Below are positions 26,809-31,356 of a stretch of 31,356 nucleotides of DNA, in pieces. Source of the stretch: Bacteroidota bacterium (GTDB lineage Bacteria; Bacteroidota; Bacteroidia; Flavobacteriales_D; JABDKJ01). Numbering within the stretch: the stretch's first letter is position 1; every line of letters begins with the position of its first letter. The translations under genes and the position numbers were made by a program. Where the stretch lies: NCBI GenBank assembly GCA_027621335.1, contig JAQCAN010000001.1, positions 1 through 31,356 on the forward strand, written 5' to 3'. Below the pieces are notes generated by a model. It was not told the DNA's origin. It saw only the letters and a program-made list of their open reading frames with translations, and did not search any database.

Positions 26809-27291
26809 ATGTCAGTAGAGGTTGGAATCATCATGGGCAGCGCAAGTGACCTTCCGGTCATGCAGGAAGCAGCCAAGGTATTGGAGGAGCTACAAGTGGC
26901 TACCCGAATGGAAGTAATTTCGGCCCATAGAACCCCAGAACTCATGTTCGACTATGCGAAGCATGCCCGTGAGAACGGTCTGAAAGTCATCATCGCTGGG
27001 GCTGGCGGAGCAGCACATCTACCAGGGATGGTCGCCAGTTCGACTACTCTTCCAGTAATAGGCGTTCCTGTGAAAAGCAGCAATTCAATAGATGGATGGG
27101 ACTCCATCCTCAGCATCTTGCAGATGCCTTCCGGGGTGCCCGTGGCCACGGTGGCATTGAACGGGGCTAGGAATGCTGGAATATTGGCGGCACAAATCCT
27201 ATCCACCTCCGATGGAGCATTGGCTGCGCGATTGGACAAGTTCAAGGCGGACCTGACCAAGAAGGTCATGGACTCAAGAAAAACCATCTGA
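26809..27291 (+). CDS. purE: N5-CAIR mutase
   Basis: [30 protein letters not shown] and [11 protein letters not shown]. Confidence 0.97.
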   Translation: MSVEVGIIMGSASDLPVMQEAAKVLEELQVATRMEVISAHRTPELMFDYAKHARENGLKVIIAGAGGAAHLPGMVASSTTLPVIGVPVKSSNSIDGWDSILSILQMPSGVPVATVALNGARNAGILAAQILSTSDGALAARLDKFKADLTKKVMDSRKTI

Positions 27292-27293
27292 AA

Positions 27294-28124
27294 ATGAGAC
27301 GGGCTCTAGCTATTTCCATTGTTCTATTGCTTGCTGCTCAAGCCGCACGCGCAGGAGGGGAGAAGAGCTCTATCGGACCTCGGTCCATGGCGCTTGGAGG
27401 GACCTATCTGGTGAATCAGGATATCTGGGCTGCATTCAACAATCAGGCGGGGCTCTTAGGCCTCCAAGGAACGCAAGCTGGGGTGTATTATCACAGCCTT
27501 TTCTTCGTGGACGGATTAGGAGAACAAGGCCTCGTTCTCAGCTCAGAGCTTGGAAATGGCCGTGTGGCCATCAACCTCAATTCCTTCGGTTTGAGTACTT
27601 TCAAGGACGAACGCTATGGTTTGGCCTATGCTATGCGCCTTTCAGACGTACTCGACATGGGTATTCAACTGAATTATCACTCCACACGGGTCCAAGGAGA
27701 CCGTTACGGAAACCGCTCTTCCTTGACAACGGAAATCGGACTTATCGCCCATCTCTCTGATGACCTGGACCTAGGGGTCCATCTCTTCAATCCTTCTCAG
27801 ACTTTGCTCAGCGAATATGAGGATGAACGCATACCGACTGTTCTAGGGCTCGGTGGGGCGTACGATTTCTCGGATAAACTGAAGGTCTTAATGGATTTTA
27901 ACAAAGACATAGACCGTCCGATGCAAGTGGGATCTGGCATCGAGTATCAGGTTTCTGAGGGCATTTATCTGCGCGGGGGAGTATCCACGGCACCGACTTT
28001 CAGCAGTTTCGGTGCGGGCTTCAATATCGCTGGGGTGGACATCGATATCGCTGCGGCCTATCATAACACCTTAGGTTACAGTTCACAGATCAGCTTGAGC
28101 TATAATTTCAATGCTCAGAATTGA
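27294..28124 (+). CDS. PorV/PorQ/FadL-superfamily outer membrane beta-barrel of unknown function
   Basis: Signal peptide, GPRSMALGG and AAFNNQAGL (similar to the PorV GARS.GMG and NPAGL motifs), then alternating amphipathic strands ending SLSYNF. Confidence 0.65.
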   Translation: MRRALAISIVLLLAAQAARAGGEKSSIGPRSMALGGTYLVNQDIWAAFNNQAGLLGLQGTQAGVYYHSLFFVDGLGEQGLVLSSELGNGRVAINLNSFGLSTFKDERYGLAYAMRLSDVLDMGIQLNYHSTRVQGDRYGNRSSLTTEIGLIAHLSDDLDLGVHLFNPSQTLLSEYEDERIPTVLGLGGAYDFSDKLKVLMDFNKDIDRPMQVGSGIEYQVSEGIYLRGGVSTAPTFSSFGAGFNIAGVDIDIAAAYHNTLGYSSQISLSYNFNAQN

Positions 28125-30198
28125 GCGGTATAGCATTCTCCTTGTCTCACTGATCGTCACCTTCAGTGCCTACTCCCAGACCGATGAAGAAAGGGATATC
28201 ATAGAACGGAGCATCGAGTTCATTGCAGAAGGAGCCGACAACGAGGACTTGGACTACACCACCCTCATCGATGACCTCACCTATTTTCTGGAACGACCCT
28301 TAGACCTCAACCGAGCCAGTTCCGATGAGCTCTCGGCCATTCGTTTGCTCAGCGATATAGAGATTCAGGCTATAATCAGACATAGAGAAGAGTACGGGGC
28401 TTTCATCAGTGTTGAAGAACTTCAGTCCATATCCAATCTCTCCGTAGCTTCCATCAGGCGTATACTTCCCTTTATCAGAGTCAAAGGAAACGTGGATGAT
28501 TTGAAGATCAGCCGAAAGGAGATCTGGAATAACTCGAATCAGGAACTCTTCATGAGAACAGATCGAGTGTTGGAGGAAAGGGACGGTTATCGGACTGCTA
28601 CTGCAGCTGAACTGGAGGATAATCCCAATTCCAGGTACCTTGGAAGCCCTTGGCGATATTACATGCGCTATCGATTCCGCTACCAGAACAAGATCAGCAT
28701 TGGATTCACTGCTGAGAAAGATGGGGGTGAGGAGTTCTTTCAGGGAAGTCAGAAGAATGGTTTCGATTTCTACTCAGCTCATGCCTTTATCGCTGGATTT
28801 GGAAAAGTTGAAAAGCTAGCCATCGGTGACTATCAAGCCCTGATGGGTCAAGGCTTGGTGTTATGGAGTGGATTGGGATTCGGGAAGTCCATGGATCTTC
28901 TCACTCTGAAACGCAATCCAAGAGGTATCACACCATATCGATCGGTCAATGAGAACCTCTTCTTCAGAGGAGCGGCCGTCACCTTGAGGCAGGACCGCTT
29001 CAGGCTCACCTTGCTCTACTCCGACCATGACCGTGATGGGAATGTGCTTACGGGCGATACCTTGGACCGTGAGGAGGCTTTGGCTTTTTCCTCGCTCCAA
29101 CTCTCAGGTTTCCATCGCACTCCTAGGGAGTTGGAGGATCGCAAGAGTGTGAATGAGAAGGTGGCCGCGGCCGAGCTGACCTGGAGAAAAGGGGGCTTGA
29201 GTATAGGAGCAAGAGGGATGAGGTTCCAGTATTCAAAGGCACTGGACAGGGACCTAAGACCCTATTCTAGATTTGCATTCGAAGGCGATAGAGGTGGGGC
29301 CGTAGGATTGGATTATGACTACGTCAAGTCCAACTTGAATCTTTTCGGAGAGATCGCGAGGTCAGAGAATGGCGGCATCGCATACCTGAATGGAGCGTAT
29401 CTGGTCATGGACCCAAAGGTCACTTTTGCAGCCTTCCATAGGGGATTCGACCGGAATTTCCAGAATCCGTATGCCTTGGCGGTCGCTGAATCCAGTACAC
29501 CGATCAATGAGAACGGACTGCTCATGGGAATCATGACCCGTCCGGCTCCGCGCTGGCAGGTGGCCGCTTGGCTGGACCGCTTCCGGTTCCCTTGGCTACG
29601 TTTCAATTCAGATGCTCCTTCCCAAGGGTGGGAAATGATGAGCCAAGTGAGCTATAAGCCAAATAGATCCTCTGAATTCTATGTCCGCTATCGCCATCGG
29701 GAACGTCCACGCAATTCGGCCGAAGAGACTATTATCGATATCGCAGGTCAGACCATGCAGAACAACCTTCGCCTGAACCTGAATTATAGCGTATCTGAAT
29801 CCATGAGCATGCGAAGTCGAATCGAATGGACGGATTATGCAAGGGAAGGGACCGACAGACAGGAAGGTATCATGCTCTATCATGATGTCATCTACAGACC
29901 GAAGAGTTCACCCTTCGACTTCAGCATGCGCTATGTCATCTTCGATACAGATGGATATGATTCCAGGCTCTATGCCTTTGAGCAGGACGTTTTGTATTTC
30001 TACAGCATACCGGCCTTGAGTGGAACTGGTTCGCGGTATTACATCGTTGGTCGCTATACCCTGAAGAAGGGAGTGGATTTCTGGGTCAAATGGTCACGTT
30101 GGCACTACCTAGACAGGGACGTTATCAGCTCAGGCTTGGACGAGATCCAAGGACCCATCCGCTCGGATATCCGAATGCAGTTGAGGCTGCAGTTCTAA
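28111..30198 (+). CDS. ComEA-like helix-hairpin-helix domain fused to a large C-terminal outer membrane beta-barrel
   Basis: Signal peptide; aa 63-124 PLDLNRAS.DEL..I..LS...IQAIIRHREEYGAFISVEELQSI; Y/R/F-rich amphipathic strands ending QLRLQF; 14-bp overlap with the upstream barrel gene. Confidence 0.75.
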   Translation: MLRIERYSILLVSLIVTFSAYSQTDEERDIIERSIEFIAEGADNEDLDYTTLIDDLTYFLERPLDLNRASSDELSAIRLLSDIEIQAIIRHREEYGAFISVEELQSISNLSVASIRRILPFIRVKGNVDDLKISRKEIWNNSNQELFMRTDRVLEERDGYRTATAAELEDNPNSRYLGSPWRYYMRYRFRYQNKISIGFTAEKDGGEEFFQGSQKNGFDFYSAHAFIAGFGKVEKLAIGDYQALMGQGLVLWSGLGFGKSMDLLTLKRNPRGITPYRSVNENLFFRGAAVTLRQDRFRLTLLYSDHDRDGNVLTGDTLDREEALAFSSLQLSGFHRTPRELEDRKSVNEKVAAAELTWRKGGLSIGARGMRFQYSKALDRDLRPYSRFAFEGDRGGAVGLDYDYVKSNLNLFGEIARSENGGIAYLNGAYLVMDPKVTFAAFHRGFDRNFQNPYALAVAESSTPINENGLLMGIMTRPAPRWQVAAWLDRFRFPWLRFNSDAPSQGWEMMSQVSYKPNRSSEFYVRYRHRERPRNSAEETIIDIAGQTMQNNLRLNLNYSVSESMSMRSRIEWTDYAREGTDRQEGIMLYHDVIYRPKSSPFDFSMRYVIFDTDGYDSRLYAFEQDVLYFYSIPALSGTGSRYYIVGRYTLKKGVDFWVKWSRWHYLDRDVISSGLDEIQGPIRSDIRMQLRLQF

Positions 30199-30203
30199 AG
30201 GAC

Positions 30204-31355
30204 TCACCAGTATTTGTCCATCAAATAGATGATACTGGCAATTGAGGCACAGCCCAACTCCAATTCCCGCTTATGGACATTCTCGAAGACATCATTTTCT
30301 GAATGGTGATAGTCGAAGTAGCGCTGTGAATCCGGGCGGAAGCCTATCAAGGTGATATCCTCATATTGATCCTTCAATCGGTTGATGTCCACTCCTCCAT
30401 AACCTGCTTCCAGTTCAGTGAGACCATAAGGGTAAAGTAGGTAAGCGAAACTTTGCAAGAGCTCCAATCGCTCCAGAGAGCCATCCAAACTGAAGCCTCT
30501 GGGGGTATGCCCACCCGCATCGGATTCCAATGCGAATACATGCTTTTCTCCTTGTTCTATGGCCTTCTTGGCATAGGTCTCTGCCCCATAAACCCCATTC
30601 TCCTCATTCATGTACAATACAACCCGCAGAGTGCGTTTGAGCTTGATGCCTCTGTCCTTGAGGATGCGCATCGCTTCTATACAATGGACGATTCCCGCCC
30701 CGTCATCATGGGCCCCTTCGCCCACATCCCATGAGTCCAAGTGCCCACCAATGGTGATGATCTCATCAGGAAATTCGGAGCCCTGGATCTCTCCGATGAC
30801 ATTGTGAGAGATCTTGTCGGGAAAAGAACGGCAATCCATCTCCAAGCGGACCTGAACTGGGCCATTCTCAAGGGCTTGACTCAAAGCATCAGCGGCCATG
30901 GTAGAGATCGCTGCACCAGGAATCTTGGGTCCTTCCTCATCATAGCGCATGCTTCCTGTGTGAGGATGGTCATCCGTGGGGCTGGCGAGCGAACGGATGA
31001 GGACGGCTTTGGCGCCATATTTTCCAGCCTCTTTGGTGCCATTGCCGCGCATCGGCCAACATGCACCATAGGCGTTGAAGGTATTGACCAACTTCTGATC
31101 AAAGGGCTGGTCGATAAATACGACCTGATCCTTCAAGATGCCTTTCTTACCGAGGGCTTCCAACTGCTCCATGTCCTTCACCTTGAGAAGAGCCCCGGTG
31201 AGCATGCCATCTGTACCCACACTACCGCCCAAGGCGAGCACTTTGATCTTATGCATTTGTCCGTCTGCGGTGATATACCAAGCCCCTTCTGCAGTGCCAC
31301 GTTCCCAGTGGGGAATAGGTGTTTGTTGAAGCCTTGTGGTGAAGCCGTAGGATTC
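30204..31355 (-). CDS. M28 family metallopeptidase with PA domain (carboxypeptidase Q-like), 5'-truncated
   Basis: Frame is open to the window edge (...PIPHWERG...). Motifs GGHLDSWDVGEGAHDDGAG, MNEENG, ESDAG and YFDYHHS. Confidence 0.9.
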   Translation of the reverse strand, partial: ESYGFTTRLQQTPIPHWERGTAEGAWYITADGQMHKIKVLALGGSVGTDGMLTGALLKVKDMEQLEALGKKGILKDQVVFIDQPFDQKLVNTFNAYGACWPMRGNGTKEAGKYGAKAVLIRSLASPTDDHPHTGSMRYDEEGPKIPGAAISTMAADALSQALENGPVQVRLEMDCRSFPDKISHNVIGEIQGSEFPDEIITIGGHLDSWDVGEGAHDDGAGIVHCIEAMRILKDRGIKLKRTLRVVLYMNEENGVYGAETYAKKAIEQGEKHVFALESDAGGHTPRGFSLDGSLERLELLQSFAYLLYPYGLTELEAGYGGVDINRLKDQYEDITLIGFRPDSQRYFDYHHSENDVFENVHKRELELGCASIASIIYLMDKYW

Positions 31356-31356
31356 T

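Overview
Chromosomal window from a Bacteroidota (probably Flavobacteriales-like) bacterium. The assignment rests on T9SS genes, TAnnTTTG promoters and the porG-uppS-bamA-skp-skp operon. About 1-10.3 kb is a polysaccharide biosynthesis and decoration locus: MBOAT plus SGNH O-acylation pair, WecB/TagA glycosyltransferase, four sulfotransferases, a secreted clan GH-A hydrolase, Wzy-like polymerase and Wzx flippase. Its divergent promoter region holds two identical palindromes. Next come DUF4290-murA, a UvrD helicase, a GDPD, and a 1178-aa T9SS type-B cargo protein with no Lys, Arg, His or Met over 1074 consecutive residues. These are followed by a frameshifted, catalytically eroded SGNH lipoprotein and the outer-membrane biogenesis operon. 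The window ends with purK-purE, tightly followed by a PorV/FadL-like barrel and a ComEA-like HhH-beta-barrel fusion (candidate pilus-independent DNA uptake module), and a 5'-truncated M28 peptidase. No rRNA, tRNA, CRISPR or mobile element was seen. All family calls come from motif recognition by eye, not database searches.
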